64,000 nucleotides of DNA from positions 17,588,696 to 17,652,695 of the forward strand of contig JASCQW010000130.1 of assembly GCA_030264375.1 (NCBI GenBank). The letters run 5' to 3'. The translations under genes were made by a program, and so were the position numbers. Every line of letters starts with the position of its first letter. Within the stretch, counting starts at the first letter, position 1. Positions 11,792-25,421 of the stretch are shown here, in pieces. The notes under the pieces were generated by a model, which saw only the letters and a list, made by a program, of their open reading frames with translations, was not told the origin of the DNA and made no database searches. Source of the stretch: Carcharhinus longimanus (Eukaryota).

Positions 11792-14649
11792 ATAGTTTTC
11801 AGATTTTCCCCATACCTGCCTGCCAGTGACAAAACAACTTCATTTAAATAAATTATAATGTTATTAAAGGGCTTCCCTGCCATATGTTCCCCCTACATTG
11901 GGGCCTCCCCCCTCCTGCTGACCCGACAGCAGTGCCTTCTGGGGAGCTGTATTGGGGAGGGGCATCCCATGTATGTGAGTGGGAGCTTGCTTGTGTACAC
12001 GGGTGGAGGGGGTTCGAATTTATTTGGATGTGTATGTGGAAAGTGCGATGGATGGGTGCCAAGAACTATAATCAACCTCAACTCTGTCAACCTCCTTTTC
12101 AGGGGCAAGTTTATATTGTGCAATGCAGCTGTTGGTAAATAATAAATGATGCATCGCGCAATATAACCTTCCTTCTGAGCTGCTGTGTTAGATAACCTTC
12201 CTAACTGCAGCAGTGTCTACTGAAGAGTAAAGCATGTTCCTGGATACTGTGTCAATATTCATGTACAGCAGTCTGTGCTTTACCACCCATCTTTTCTTGG
12301 TTTGCTGTTGGAATCTGAATTTCAGGATTGTCGTGAAGAAATGGCCAAGTGTAAAGGAAATTTAATAATCTGTTCACACGTGCGTATGTTCCTTTGAGAA
12401 GATGAAGGGAACCTTGTGCTTTGGAGAGAGCAGCAAACTCAGAAACAGAGTTGCAGCTGCAAGTTTGGAGGAGATCACTTTGGAACCTTTTAAAAATGGC
12501 TGCCAACTGTGCCGCCCATGCCGATTAATGTGATAGCAGCTCCATTATCAGGAAACTCCAATTGTTATGAGAGAGGTTAGTGTGCAGTTTAACTGGGGTG
12601 ATGTCATTAGCCCCAGTGGTATTTCATGACAAGGTGGCAACCAGCTCCGATCAAAACAATCTGCTGTCTCCTCACCAGGCTGTTGCTGGCCCTTTTTGAG
12701 GGAAAGAGAATATGTGTCACCTGGAAGAGTGGCACTATTAGAATTGTGCTTTATTCCGTGCTGTGTATTTGAAATTCTGCAGTCTTCTCTACCTTCCTTG
12801 CATTGCATTAGTTAGAGCAGTTAGCGGCAAATTCATAGTCACCTCTCTGCTTTCAGACTCACTTGAAGTCTTCATTCATTCCCCCTCCTTTTCTCTCGCC
12901 ATACCCAAACTCATATGGCACCACATCTAACATAACTCATTGCTCATTAATGGACCAGTCCCTTCTCTGATCTGGTATAACTACCACGATGTTGAAAGAA
13001 AGTGAGTGGTCCTTTCTGGCTAGCTTTGCTGGTGAGTAGGGTAGTGAGGNNNNNNNNNNNNNNNNNNNNNNNNNNNNNNNNNNNNNNNNNNNNNNNNNNN
13101 NNNNNNNNNNNNNNNNNNNNNNNNNNNNNNNNNNNNNNNNNNNNNNNNNNNNNNNNNNNNNNNNNNNNNNNNNNNNNNNNNNNNNNNNNNNNNNNNNNNN
13201 NNNNNNNNNNNNNNNNNNNNNNNNNNNNNNNNNNNNNNNNNNNNNNNNNNNNNNNNNNNNNNNNNNNNNNNNNNNNNNNNNNNNNNNNNNNNNNNNNNNN
13301 NNNNNNNNNNNNNNNNNNNNNNNNNNNNNNNNNNNNNNNNNNNNNNNNNNNNNNNNNNNNNNNNNNNNNNNNNNNNNNNNNNNNNNNNNNNNNNNNNNNN
13401 NNNNNNNNNNNNNNNNNNNNNNNNNNNNNNNNNNNNNNNNNNNTACCCACCCCCACCCCCATCACTGATCTGAGTCAGAGAGCCATTGCAAACACTGAAT
13501 GCGCTCTTCAGAGGCTGGAGCACCTGACTCAGACTTTTATTCAGCAAGTCCCTAAAAGCGCAGTTCTGGATTGGTAAAGGCAGTGGTAAAGGGAGAAATG
13601 CTGATAGAGTTAGGCGGGCAGTTCATTAATTCAATTTAAATGCATGCGGATCTTGGTAAAGTGACGATCTGCGCGGACACGGATGCAGATCACGATAAAG
13701 GCCTCACACCCGACTTTACCACGATTTCGCACCCGAAAATGGTAAAATCGGGCCCAATGGGTGGGATTCTCTCTCAAAAAAAATCCTGTGTCGAATTCAT
13801 GTAAAAACAGGAATAAATCACGCTGGTTTTTTCCAGCATGATTTTTCAAAATGAATCTCCCACACACTGTGCATCAGTTAGAACTGTAGCATAAATCAGT
13901 GAAAATCAGTGGGCAGGGCCTATTCCCACCAGAGAGGCTGGCAGCATAGTGCTAAGCAGACCACTGTGCATGCGCTGACCTGTCAACTGCAATAGCCCCG
14001 TTTTACCAGCCTCCTGATCACTGGCCTTCCAGACGTGTCTCAGCCAGCCCTGACCCTCCCTGCACCTCAATGGTTAGTGCCAATCGCTGGCCTCCCTCTG
14101 TCACCCCCCCTCNNNNNNNNNNNNNNNNNNNNNNNNNNNNNNNNNNNNNNNNNNNNNNNNNNNNNNNNNNNNNNNNNNNNNNNNNNNNNNNNNNNNNNNN
14201 NNNNNNNNNNNNNNNNNNNNNNNNNNNNNNNNNNNNNNNNNNNNNNNNNNNNNNNNNNNNNNNNNNNNNNNNNNNNNNNNNNNNNNNNNNNNNNNNNNNN
14301 NNNNNNNNNNNNNNNNNNNNNNNNNNNNNNNNNNGGGTCAGGCCATCAGTTGCCCACTAATGAGGTTTAAATGCTCATTATAATAATTTATTCAGTTCTG
14401 TGCTGATTTCTGTCATTAAGCTGATCCCACCTGAAATCTGGCAGCCGCAGCACCCAGCGGGAAGCCTGCCACGCTGCCTCTGCTTAGGTCTCCCGGCCCG
14501 CTGTGCTGCTGGGAGAATCGCCCCCAGTTTCTTTTGGAGTTAAACTCCAAATGTCTTTTTGTGTGAATAGTCCAAAGATCGTTAGACTAACACTAACTCC
14601 ATGTCAGGATAACATTCCTGTGGACAAGTTACTTGCACCATATAATTTA

Positions 14650-15075
14650 CCAGAAAAATTCCAGGGAATTTAATTACAAGGGTAGACTGGAGAAACTAGG
14701 ATTGTTTTTCTTGGAGCAAAGAGATTTGAGGAGAGATCTGATCAACGTGTGCAAGATTATTGTATTTAATAAGGTAGGCAAAGCAAAGCTGTGCTGCTTA
14801 GCAATGGCAGAAGATCCAGGGGCCAGAGTCAAAGTTTTGGATAAGTGATACTGAGGGAATGTGAGGAAGAATATCTTAATGCAGCAACTGGTAATGACCT
14901 GAAACTGGCTGCCCATCAGGGTAATGGGAATGGAGATGATCAATGATTATTGAAAGAAATTGGACAGTTTCCTGAGAGAAGTTAACTTGCAGGACTAAGG
15001 GGACAGAATTGGGGAAGAGTTCCAGCGTGAATTTGATAGATCAAATGACCACCACCTGTGCTGTAAGGATTCCAT
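14650..15075 (+). mobile_element. CR1 LINE 3' end
   Basis: YKGRLEKLGLFFLEQRDLRRDLINVCKI motif. Confidence 0.78.
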
Positions 15076-15175
15076 GCGGTAATGATTCTAACACTCCAAT
15101 TTCCAACTCTTTTTCAACGTAAATAAAACTTACCTTCGTTGTTCATAAATTTAACTAGCTGTTTTTATTCCTCAG

Positions 15176-15241
15176 GGAGAGAAAGCTGATTGTTTTTATA
15201 TTGTAGAATCTGGAGAGGTTCGGATAACAATGAAACACAAG
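15176..15241 (+). CDS. PRKAR2B: PRKAR2B coding exon (exon 9 equivalent)
   Basis: ttcctcAG / AAG|GTAAGC, 66 nt. Encodes GEKADCFYIVESGEVRITMKHK. Confidence 0.96.
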
Positions 15242-15345
15242 GTAAGCACAACCACTCAGTCTTTTCGAAAGATGAGTTAAATTACTAATTGTATTTGTAA
15301 ATTACACAGATTGTGTAATGCCTCATTGAAAATCTTTGCATCTTT

Positions 15346-15672
15346 GTGGCGGCACATTGGCACAGTGGTTAGCACTGCAGACTCGCAGTGCCAGAGACCC
15401 AGATTCGACTCCTAGCTTGGGAGACTGTCCATGTGGAGTCGGCACATTCTCCCCCTGTCTGTGTGGGTTTCCTCCAAGTGCTCCAGTTTCCTCCCACAAT
15501 CCAAAAATGTGTGGGTTAGGTTGATTGGCCATGCTAAATTGCTCCATAGTGTTAGGGAGATTATTAGTGTAAATATTTGGGGTTATGGGGCTAGGGCCTG
15601 ATTGGAATTGTTGTTGATGATGGCTCAATGGGCCAAATGGCCTCCTTCTGCACTGTAGGTAGTCTATGATTC
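15346..15672 (+). mobile_element. HE1/V-type SINE
   Basis: ggcacagtggttagcactgc head, core and tail. Confidence 0.85.
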
Positions 15673-16314
15673 CACAATGTTCCATTGTTAATCCTATCCG
15701 GGTATAAAATGAGAAACTGGATGATAGGACAAATTAAACAGAGGACCGCTTTCTGCATCCATGTTCTTGTTTTTCCCACTTCACACTTATTCAGTCAATG
15801 ATTTCTGTTTGGTCATGAGCTGGTTGACATTCCCACTTGAAAGTCTGCATTTCTTCAACTTTCTCCCCTTTCCTACAGCCTCCCTGCCCTCAAGAAAAGA
15901 AAGGCTATTTTAAGAATTTTACAGATTTTACTGATATTTAATATTTATGAATGTATATGAGTAAGAGGCATCTATTGGACAGAAGAGTTCACTTGAGCAA
16001 GCTGACCTTAAGACATTTTCATATTTATAATTTAATACAACACTCTAATATTTTGCATGGAGCTGCCTTCATTATCCCATTGCAAAATACCCTGTTTTAA
16101 CTCTGACAATTGCAGCTGAGATGTTCATTCCAGATGCTTGTAAAGCAACTGACTAGATGACTCTAGTTGGCCAGCTTGAATTCCATCCATTTTTGAATTG
16201 AATTTAGGTGGTGACAAGACATTCATTTTAACTTTTCTATATTAAGCTGCACACTTACATAAGATAATATAAAATGGGATATTATTTTTATTTTGTGGTA
16301 ATTTTCATTAGCAT

Positions 16315-16576
16315 CACAAGTAGGCTTACATTAACAACGCAATGAAATTACTGTCACCACACTTCAGAGCCTGTTCAGGTACACTGAAGGAGAACTTAGC
16401 ACGGTCAATGCAAACAACCAACAAGTCTTTTGGACTGAGAGGAAACCGCCGTGCATGGAGGAAACCCACGCAGACATGGGCAGACTCCGTATAGACAGTG
16501 ACCCAAGTCGGAAATCGAACCCAGGTCCCTGGTGCTGTGAGGCAGCAGTGCTAACCGCTGTACCATCATACTGCCC
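16315..16576 (-). mobile_element. V-type SINE, alternative-tail subfamily
   Basis: Core as above, but tail acaagtaggcttacattaac (also at 24795-25421 and 26566-26715). Confidence 0.8.
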
Positions 16577-17419
16577 ATTAAGATCTGATCAAGTACAGCA
16601 CATAAAACTTACATATATATAAGATTTATTTATTGGGGATGATTTATTTGTAAGAATTTGTCTGTACTGATTATGTAATCTGGGGATGAGTTTCCCGTCT
16701 GCAAATTCTTCCCTCCTCGTATCATGTAAAAGGAGTTCCAAAAATCAACACTGTAAATTCAGCACACTTCTGTGAAAACAGAGGGGGCATGACAACCTCA
16801 AAATACTTTCAAACTTGATCAATTGAAACACCAAAATAACAACCTGTGGATTTTAAAATTTAATTTCTAATCATAGGCAAAATTATATTGAGGTTTTTAA
16901 TTCTACAATTACTATTTTTAACAAGGTGCTTTTAAAACCCATGATAATTCCAAAGTTGCAACTGCTCTAATCTGCTGCTCAATAAGCATGCAGTGCAAAA
17001 CAAGAACTGGATCAATTAGACTGAACAATAGTGGAATGTAGCTACACTTCAGAAAGTCTCTTGGATTACTATACTGGCGTAAGCACTACATTTCAATTCA
17101 ACAGAATTGAGAGCTTCAGGATTAGCACTTAAAATGGATGGAAGAAATTATTTACAACAGCAAAGAATGATTTAGGACTGTTCCTGATCTTAGCGAACAA
17201 ATATTTAAAGCATGGCTATGATAGTTTTTGTCTGCTGTTTTAATAAGAGGTAGCTATAATAAACTGCTTTAATGCCTGTATTAAAATAGCAGGCATAAGA
17301 TTATTATGCCCAGGTTTTAGGTAATAAGGCTGTAATGCAACAAGATTTTTTTTAGCTGCACTATTCTGTTCTGAACCAGATTAATTGCTCTTCAGAAGTA
17401 TAAAATACAGATGTTGAAG

Positions 17420-18085
17420 AACTGGACATTATACTTGTATAATGCCTTTAGTGTAAGAAAATGTCCCACGGAGCATTATGAAATGAAATGTGACAACATG
17501 CCACATAAGATGTTGGGTCAGACAGCCAAAAGCTTAATAAGTGGTAGATCTTAAACACTATCTTAAAAGGAGGGAAACAATGTGGGAGGTGCAATTCCAA
17601 AGCCTAGGGGCCTAGTCAGCTGTAAACACGGTCATCTGTGGTGACGCAATTAAAATCAGGGATGCTGAAGAGGCCAGAATTAGATGAGTGCAGATATTGC
17701 AGATGGTTCTGGGACTGGAGGGGATTACAGAGATGGGGAATGACAAGGCCACGGAAGGATTTGAAAAGGATGATAAGAATATTAAAATCAAAATGTCCCT
17801 TGACTGGGAGCCCATGTAGGTTAGTGAGCACAGAGGTGATAGATGAATAGAACTTGAGAGTTAAGGCATGGGCAGTAGAGTTCTGGATGCCCTCCAGTTT
17901 ATAGAGGATAGAATGTGGGAGGCTAGCTAGAGTGCAATGGAATAATATAGTCTAGCAGTAATAAAAGTATGAATGAGAGTTTCAGCAGCAGTTGAGTTGT
18001 AGTAGGTAAAGCTGGGTAATGTTCTGGTGGTGGGAATAGGTGGTCTTAGTGATGGTGTGAATCTGTGATTGGAAGCTCATCTCCA
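17420..18085 (-). mobile_element. L2-like LINE 3' fragment
   Basis: LTNLHGLPVKGHFDFNILIILFKSFRGL motif. Confidence 0.7.
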
Positions 18086-18319
18086 AAATAAAAAGTTAGG
18101 CAGTGTCTGTGGAGAGAACAGAATGGAGCCATTTAAGTTTGGGCATGAACGCTTTGTCAGAATTCAACTCTTATTCTATGTCCTCTGTTCTCTCCGCAGC
18201 TGCTTCCTGATCTGCTGAGTGTTGCCACCGTTTTCTATTTCTGTTTCTTCAAACTTTATTTACACACGGGACCAATGCATTGAAAGATCATTTTCTTTTT
18301 TTGGTTTATTTTAATATAG

Positions 18320-18452
18320 ACCAAATCTGATGCAGATGGTGGAGTGGAAATAGCTCGCTGTTCAAGAGGGCAGTATTTTGGAGAACTTGCTTTGGTTGCG
18401 AATCAGCCCCGTGCAGCTTCTGCATTTGCTGTAGGAAATGTGAAATGTTTAG
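18320..18452 (+). CDS. PRKAR2B: PRKAR2B coding exon (exon 10 equivalent), cAMP-binding domain B
   Basis: aatatAG / TAG|GTAAAT, 133 nt. Encodes [44 protein letters not shown]. Confidence 0.96.
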
Positions 18453-18739
18453 GTAAATCTTCTACAATTCGTGGGTCATTTTAAAAAAAAAAAAATAGCC
18501 AGGAAGGTGGAGGGGTGGGGGGGGCAAAATCTCATTAATAGTTTCCAGGTAATTTCTTTAAGATTTTTTTTCTATTCAATTGCTTCAAAACAAGTGAATG
18601 TTGTTCACAGAATTTTCAGAGGCTAGAAATTTCATGGACTAAATGTAACCCAGATGTATTGCTTTAGAAGAATAAAACTTCAAGCAAAGCTGGGGAGCCA
18701 GAAAGTGCCACCACCAGGAACAGCTGGAAAATGCTGCTC

Positions 18740-19460
18740 ATGGTTAAACATATATTGGTTAGACCAGACTTGGAATGATGCGTCTAACTCTGGCTTCTGT
18801 GTTACAGAATGGATATAGACATACTGAAGAAAATGAAAAAATTCATAAAGATGAAACGAGAACTGGGTAGCTATAGTGATCTGGAAAGGCTAAGCAGACT
18901 GGGGCTATTTTCTCCAGAAAACAGCAGGCTGAGGAATGATATAATTAGAGGTCTTGAAAATGGATGCAGATGCATTCACTTGTGGGAGTTCAAAACTGTG
19001 GGCAATAAATATAAGATGGTCACTAATAAAGTGAATGAAGAATTCAGGAGAGTTTTGATCGCCCAGAGTATGGTTGGAATGTGAAACTTGCTGTCAAATG
19101 GAGTAGTTGAGATGAATAGCATAAATGTATTCAGGACCAAGTTAGATATGTGAATGAGGGAAAAGGAAATAGAATGACGTGCATGTTGGGTTAGACAAGC
19201 AGGGCGGGAGGAGGTTTGGATGATGGGACCAAATTTGTAGCAGCTGAATTTGCTGATGACACAAAGATAGAAAGAAAGTTGTCAAGAGGACATAACCTAC
19301 CTAAGTCCCTTTGTAGATAGCTTAAGTGATTGGGCAGCTGTTTGACAGATGGCAGATAATGTGGGAATTGTGAAGTTGTCCAATTTGGCACAAAGAATAA
19401 AAAAAAGTATACTATTAAAATAGAGAGAAACGGTTAGAACTCTAGGGCACAGAGTGTGTC
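18740..19460 (+). mobile_element. CR1 LINE fragments
   Basis: ERLSRLGLFSPENSRLRND; tttgctgatgacacaaag (FADDTK). Confidence 0.7.
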
Positions 19461-19611
19461 CTGCTATACTAATTTACTGTATACTATTTTTCCTGACGAA
19501 ACCAGATGAGAGAGTTATATCTCAGTAGATGTGGTAACTAATCTTGATGCCACCGATTCTAAAATTGTGAATTAGGTTTACTTCTGTGTGCTCCTTAGAA
19601 AATACGATACA

Positions 19612-19850
19612 CACGTTGAAAAAAAGACATTTCTGTTTTGCACTCATCAGAACACTTTGCAAGAATACCGGCATTAAGGGAAAAACAACAATTTATACTG
19701 AATGAGAGGAGAATGGCGAGTGGACTCTGGTTAGAGCCATTGGAGAATGCACCAGTTGGTGGTGCTTGACAGATAACTGCCCAGCTTTGTTATACACCAT
19801 AGCTTAACCCTGACTGGTCAAGGCATTGCGTAATATGAAATGGACCATGT
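19612..19850 (-). mobile_element. Degenerate Penelope family B terminal repeat
   Basis: Aligns with 27910-28125 (ttgcactcatcag...ggagaatgcaccagttg...ctggtcaaggcatt). Confidence 0.7.
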
Positions 19851-21414
19851 GGACCAGGAAATTTACAGTTTAATTTTTGGTCTTTGCAGAGTTCGCTGTT
19901 CATCTAATAATGGTTGAGGCATTACAAATGCATTATTGCAAATTGATGCAGATAGCAGTACCTGACAACCTCTTAAGTGTGACCCCACACCAATAAAGCT
20001 GACATGTACGATCTCCGATATTTAAGTCAAGCGATAGGGTAGTTCAATATAGGTTCCTGTCATGTTCAAGAGCAGGCATTATTTCTGACATTTTAATGGT
20101 TTATGTAATCTGTCTTCCAAATCAAAAATAAATCCTGCCAGGGTCAAGTATATTTCAATTATGAAAATTAAGTAGTTATAAAGATTGCAATACAGTTTTA
20201 CAGGTCCTAGCTCCTTTCATTGGAAATTGAAACTCCTTGGACAGAATTTTCCCATTCTGCCTGCCACCAGAATCATAGCAGGCAGGACAGAAAATTCGGC
20301 AGTCAGTGCAAACGTCCATTGACCTCAGTTGGGAGTTTCTGGTCTTGAGGCATGCGCAGCTGAAACATCCTGCCCATTATCCCAACTTTCCCTATCCTGG
20401 ATCCCATCGTAATGCAGAGAGAAGTGTAAGATTGGCAGGTTTGTGTGTTTGCTGATTTAGCCATCGTGAATTCATTTTGGAAGTGAAGACAGTTAGCAAA
20501 TAATATCAAAAGCAAAATCTTAAAACTGAGTTCTTAGGAAGGGCGATACTGAAACGTCATCCATCATTGGATGCACCTCTTCTTAAAACCTTAAAACACG
20601 TATTGCTCCCTTGTTCCTGCCAAAATATTTTTTTTAAATTGGAAATCAACTGTCACGTGAAAAGTGCATTAAGAAGTGGTGATTGAAAGGTCCATACGGG
20701 TATTTATGCATTTACCAACTTAGTTATATTTAGTTTGTAGATCACTTCTACAACTGCAATTGGCAAGCAATGCTAATTCAGTTAATAACTAATTTAATGC
20801 AAAATGGATGCATAATGTGGTGTCGCTTCCAGTTCCTAGTCGTAAGTCCCGAATTGATCTGATTAGTTATGAAATCATCCAATCGAAAGAAAATGATTTC
20901 CCATGTCCTCTCCATGAGGAGTGCTGAAAGTCACAATGAAAAGCTTACAGTTGGTGTGTATACCCAATGTTGCCGATTCTATGTTAGATGGGAAAATAAC
21001 CAGCCAGGCTTTCTGTTGTTGATTTATATGCAGTAGTCATGCTGCAAAGTACATGGCTACGTGGACGTCAGATGAGGAAAGGATGGGGTTCAATTGAGAT
21101 GCCTGCTGTTGCTAAACAGCCTGCCAATGCTCAACTGTCTGGGCTCACTTGGGAAATGAGCACCAGGCAGGACATTAGAGATCTACCAGAACCTATGGAA
21201 CCATACACAGTGGGAATTTGTACTTTGAGAAGGAGGAAACAATAAATGCAATCCTTCCTTCATCAGCGCAAGGTTCCTTGCTTTCTACAATCCATAAATT
21301 AAGTGTATATTTGGGTGTTATGGGGCCAGGACAGATAGTGAATGTCAGCAGCAAAGCCTTTTCAATTTAGAATAACGTCTTGTTTTTGCGTTTGGCTATT
21401 TATTTTTTTCACAG

Positions 21415-21548
21415 TTATGGATGTGCAAGCGTTTGAGCGACTGCTTGGTCCTTGTATGGACATTATGAAGAGAAACATTGCAAATTATGAGGAGCAACTA
21501 GTGGACCTTTTTGGAACAAATATGGATCTCACTGATCCAGGCATATGA
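21415..21548 (+). CDS. PRKAR2B: PRKAR2B last coding exon
   Basis: tttttttcacAG acceptor. Encodes (V)[43 protein letters not shown]-stop; the LFGTNMD end is typical of RII-beta, and the adjacent HBP1 supports orthology. Confidence 0.96.
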
Positions 21549-23043
21549 ACAAGCAATTCGAGGATACCATCATGATACATCACTGTGGAAAAAAGTGGAT
21601 TCCCCACTGAAAAGTGCATTTGAATTGTATAGAAGGGAAGCATTTTTGTAGCTATTCTGTTTACTTATTTTCTAACCAAAAAACAGAATTAACACCATTG
21701 CAGTATAGAGATAACCTAGAACCTAGCTTTTATGTATTGATTTTCTGAAACAAACCGGTAACTAAATAATAGATATTTGACTAAAAATGTTACATGTGAG
21801 TCAGTATCCGAAATTCAATAAAATATTTGCTCAGCAAATATCTGCAGTGACTAAGAAAGGATAAGAATTTTTGACTTTATAGATTGTTGATCCTGCACAT
21901 TTTAACTTGAATACAAGTTAGTTAACAAACCTTATTTGACTGTTTGTGACCTGGTTATGTTGAGATATCCCAGTAAATATACAGGAAATGTATAGCAGAT
22001 TTAAGAGAATTTCTGTGTTTGACATGGAATTCTGTATCTTTGTCATCCTATGAGTTTAATTTTCATGCTGAAGTATTTGAATATTTTGTGAATAAGATTT
22101 ATTTATAAATTTTGTTTTCATTTTGTCATGGATGAGCATAGAGTGAAAATTCAGAAATGACGACTATTGGAATGTGTTTCACCAAAGAAAAATGTGTATG
22201 GGGAGGTATAATTAAAAACAGTATTTATTTCAAAACTTAATTTCATAGAAAAGTCTGTTAACAGATTCACTTTTCCCCCCTACTTTGTGAAGATTCTCTT
22301 GCCTTTGCATGCTGGAACAATAACTAAATAGAGCAATGTGATGTGCTTTGAATCTGATTATGTGACTAAAAAGTACACTGAGGTAGGAAGTGATAATTGA
22401 ATAATTAATTTCTTTCTGGTGTTGCACATGAAAGTATTTACCATTACAGTAGGCCCAGTAGACCCATTTGATCTGTGGTCTTTGAGTTTTATAATCAGCC
22501 CTTGCCATTGCATGGAAAAGAATTTCTTAATTCTAAAGTCTTTCACCATCATGTTATGCACAATGTGACCCTCTCATTGTAGTCCAAAGTAGAAGCCAAA
22601 TTTAGTCCAATTAATTCAAGTCATGTTTTAGAAACATAGAAACCAGAAATTCAGCCCTTCGAGCCTGTTCCGGAGAATCTCTGTAGGGACCATCTACATG
22701 GGCCTTTACTTTTTACCTTTTTAGGTAAGTTGATCGCAAACTAGCCATTTTTCTAGAATATGTTTTGTCAGATTTAACACTGATCACAAAATCACACAGT
22801 TAAAAGTAGCTAGGTGCTCGAGACTATTTACTGGGGCTAGCTATTTGATTGAGCTACATGTAAGAGTGTTGTACTGTACTGGATTATAGTCTGATTTTTA
22901 AAAGACCCTTTGGCACTCTGATTATGTTGAGTACAACTAGGCATTTTTAGACATTTATGCATCTAATAAAATATGGACTTATTTTAAAAAAACACTTGTG
23001 GATTTTTATTGAATGATAGTGGACAGCATCAGAATTAAATAAA
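21549..23043 (+). other. PRKAR2B: Probable PRKAR2B 3' UTR with candidate polyadenylation signals
   Basis: AT-rich, repeat-poor sequence after the stop. AATAAA at 21817-21822, 22965-22970 (followed by a GT/T-rich tract) and 23038-23043. The true end cannot be determined. Confidence 0.6.
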
Positions 23044-24794
23044 AGGGTTTATCTGTTGCAGATTTATCATTCTAAAGATATTACGATCTTTTCATAAACT
23101 TTAAATTATCTTCAATTATGTCATTGCTCATTATGAGCCTTATGAGAGATGTAGACATCAGTAAAATCATTGTATAGTTACTAAAAAAAAGTAAATTACC
23201 TAATTTAGAGTTACTATGAAGGAAAGAAAGTTTACAAGATACACAATAGATTCTTGTTGTGCTCATGTGTAGCCTTAGGTCAGAACTGCCAATTTAGGCA
23301 GACACCACTCATGAATAAACCACTCAGCTTTTTCACTCACTATGAGGGACTGGGACCCCTGAATTGCTGGGCCATTCTGGCAGGCTCCTGTTCTAACTCC
23401 AGCACCGGACTTTTGGAACAGATACAATTTCAGTCAAAACCTTGACACACCTGCTCCCAGACTCATAATGGAGCTGTTGCCTTGTATATCAGTGGACTCT
23501 CCACCCACCCCAAAAAGGCCACTTCTGTGGAGGGGCTTAACACATGAACATCCTACTTTGAGCTCTTGCTTCCCTGTAACCTAGTGTAAGTTTGAAGGCT
23601 AGTATGTTCAGTGAGATGTGGTACTCTGGCCTCCTTCTTAAGAGAGGTAGGGCATCCAAATTTAGATCATGCAAGATTGGTGGAAGTCAGGAGACTTATA
23701 AAAATATACATTGTTAATACAGGACCAGTAAGGCAACTAATCTTGGGTGAGGTTTCTGCAGATATTTCCTTCAGGATATTAAAACCTCACTCCTGGAAGT
23801 TTCTCTCCTGAGTTTCAGCAGGGTCAGAACCAATCCCAGGCCTGTGCATCCTATATTTCAGGAGATAGGATTTAATAGCACTGGCTACATAAGGTGAGAT
23901 TTTTACACAATACCAAGTTGAATTGTTTGTATCTTTGGGTGTGTTTCCATTATAATGCTGGCAATGTTATAATGCCAAAGATGTACTGTAAATGGGGGGA
24001 GCATTATGAGATTCCTTAAAGAAAAGGTCTTCCAGTGCTTCTGTTTGTCCCATGTTTGATGTAGCTACTTGCATTATCCAAACATGTATCTTCTGGAAGA
24101 GGAATTCTGCAAATGTATGTAGACCTTTGTAAATAACAGAATTGTACTTTTCAGTGCAAGAGGGGTGCTGCTTGGTAGGTGCAGGAACTCAGACTGTTGG
24201 CTGCAATCTGTATGTACTCCATCCTTCTTCAGTCAATATTTCTGTAATGGTGCTTGATGTGACTTGGTGATTTAAGATGTTTAAAACAAAACTGTTTGTC
24301 ACCACCTCACTCCAAATCTGGATAATGGTTACACCTTCCAGAATTTGCTAATATTTTATCCCCTTCTTGATTAATTAAGAACGGGAAGAAAATAAATGGT
24401 GTAATCAATAGTTTACAGTACAAAACGTACCTCCTCTGAATCATTGCAATTTCCCTGCTCAGTGACTTTACTCCTTGGGATTTAAGTTCCTGTGTTTGCA
24501 GAAGATCATCCAGTGATACAGTTTTTGCTTTTAGCAATTGTTGCTTTACATGTTCTTTTTATTTTATACAAGATTTTACACAACACAACCAAATTTATAA
24601 AAAACTTTCCCCTTTAGCTCAGAGTCCTAAGTTCTGTGTACAGCTGAGAATGTTACTTACAGTCTGCTATGGCACTCTGCATTTTTATACAATTCAAAAT
24701 AAGGCAATGCTGGAAATTGTACCTGACATCCTTGATTTTTTTTCAGTTAGCTGGACAAGCAATGTTCAGGCTTCTCACGCTGCAAAGGCCTCCT

Positions 24795-25421
24795 GCACAA
24801 GGTGGCACAGCAGTTAACACTGCTGTCTCACAGCACCAGAGACTTGGGTTCAATTCCTGACTTGGATCACCGTTTGTGCAGAGTTTGCACATCCTCCCCT
24901 TGTCTGCGTAGGTTTCCTTCAGATGCTCCTGTTTTCTCCCACAGTCCAAGAGACGTGCTGGTTAGATGCACTGGCCAGGCTAAATTCTCTCCGTGTACCT
25001 AGACAGGTGCTGGAGTGTGGCAATTAGGGGATTTTCATAGTAACTTCATTGCAGTGTTCCAACTTAGAATCATAGAACCCTACAGTGCAGAAAGAGGCCC
25101 TTCGGTCCATCGAGTCTGCACTGAACACAATCCCACCCAGGCCCTAACCCCATATCCCTGCATATTATACTCACTAATCCCTCTAATCTCCACGATCCTG
25201 GACACTAAGGGGCAATTTCTTAGTGTGGCCAATCAACCTAACCGACACATTTTTGGACTGTGGGAGGAAACCGGAGGAAGCCCACGCAGACACGAGGCGA
25301 ATGTGCAAACTCCACACAGTGACCCGAGCTGAGAATCGAACCCAGGACCCTGGTGCTGTGAAGCAGCAGTGCTACCATGCCGCCCATGTTGATGTAAGCT
25401 TGTAACATTAATAAAATAAAT
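24795..25421. mobile_element. SINE-in-SINE: + strand host interrupted by a - strand SINE (25059-25386)
   Basis: Host tail cttcattgcagTGTT ... TGTTgatgtaagc resumes after the insert; 4-bp duplication at 25055-25058 and 25387-25390. Confidence 0.82.

Noticed and set aside
15336-15685. Recurring 60-120 aa ORFs with GLWEETG / CGRKPEH motifs
   Set aside because: Translations of the SINE core repeated many times in the window, not a gene family.
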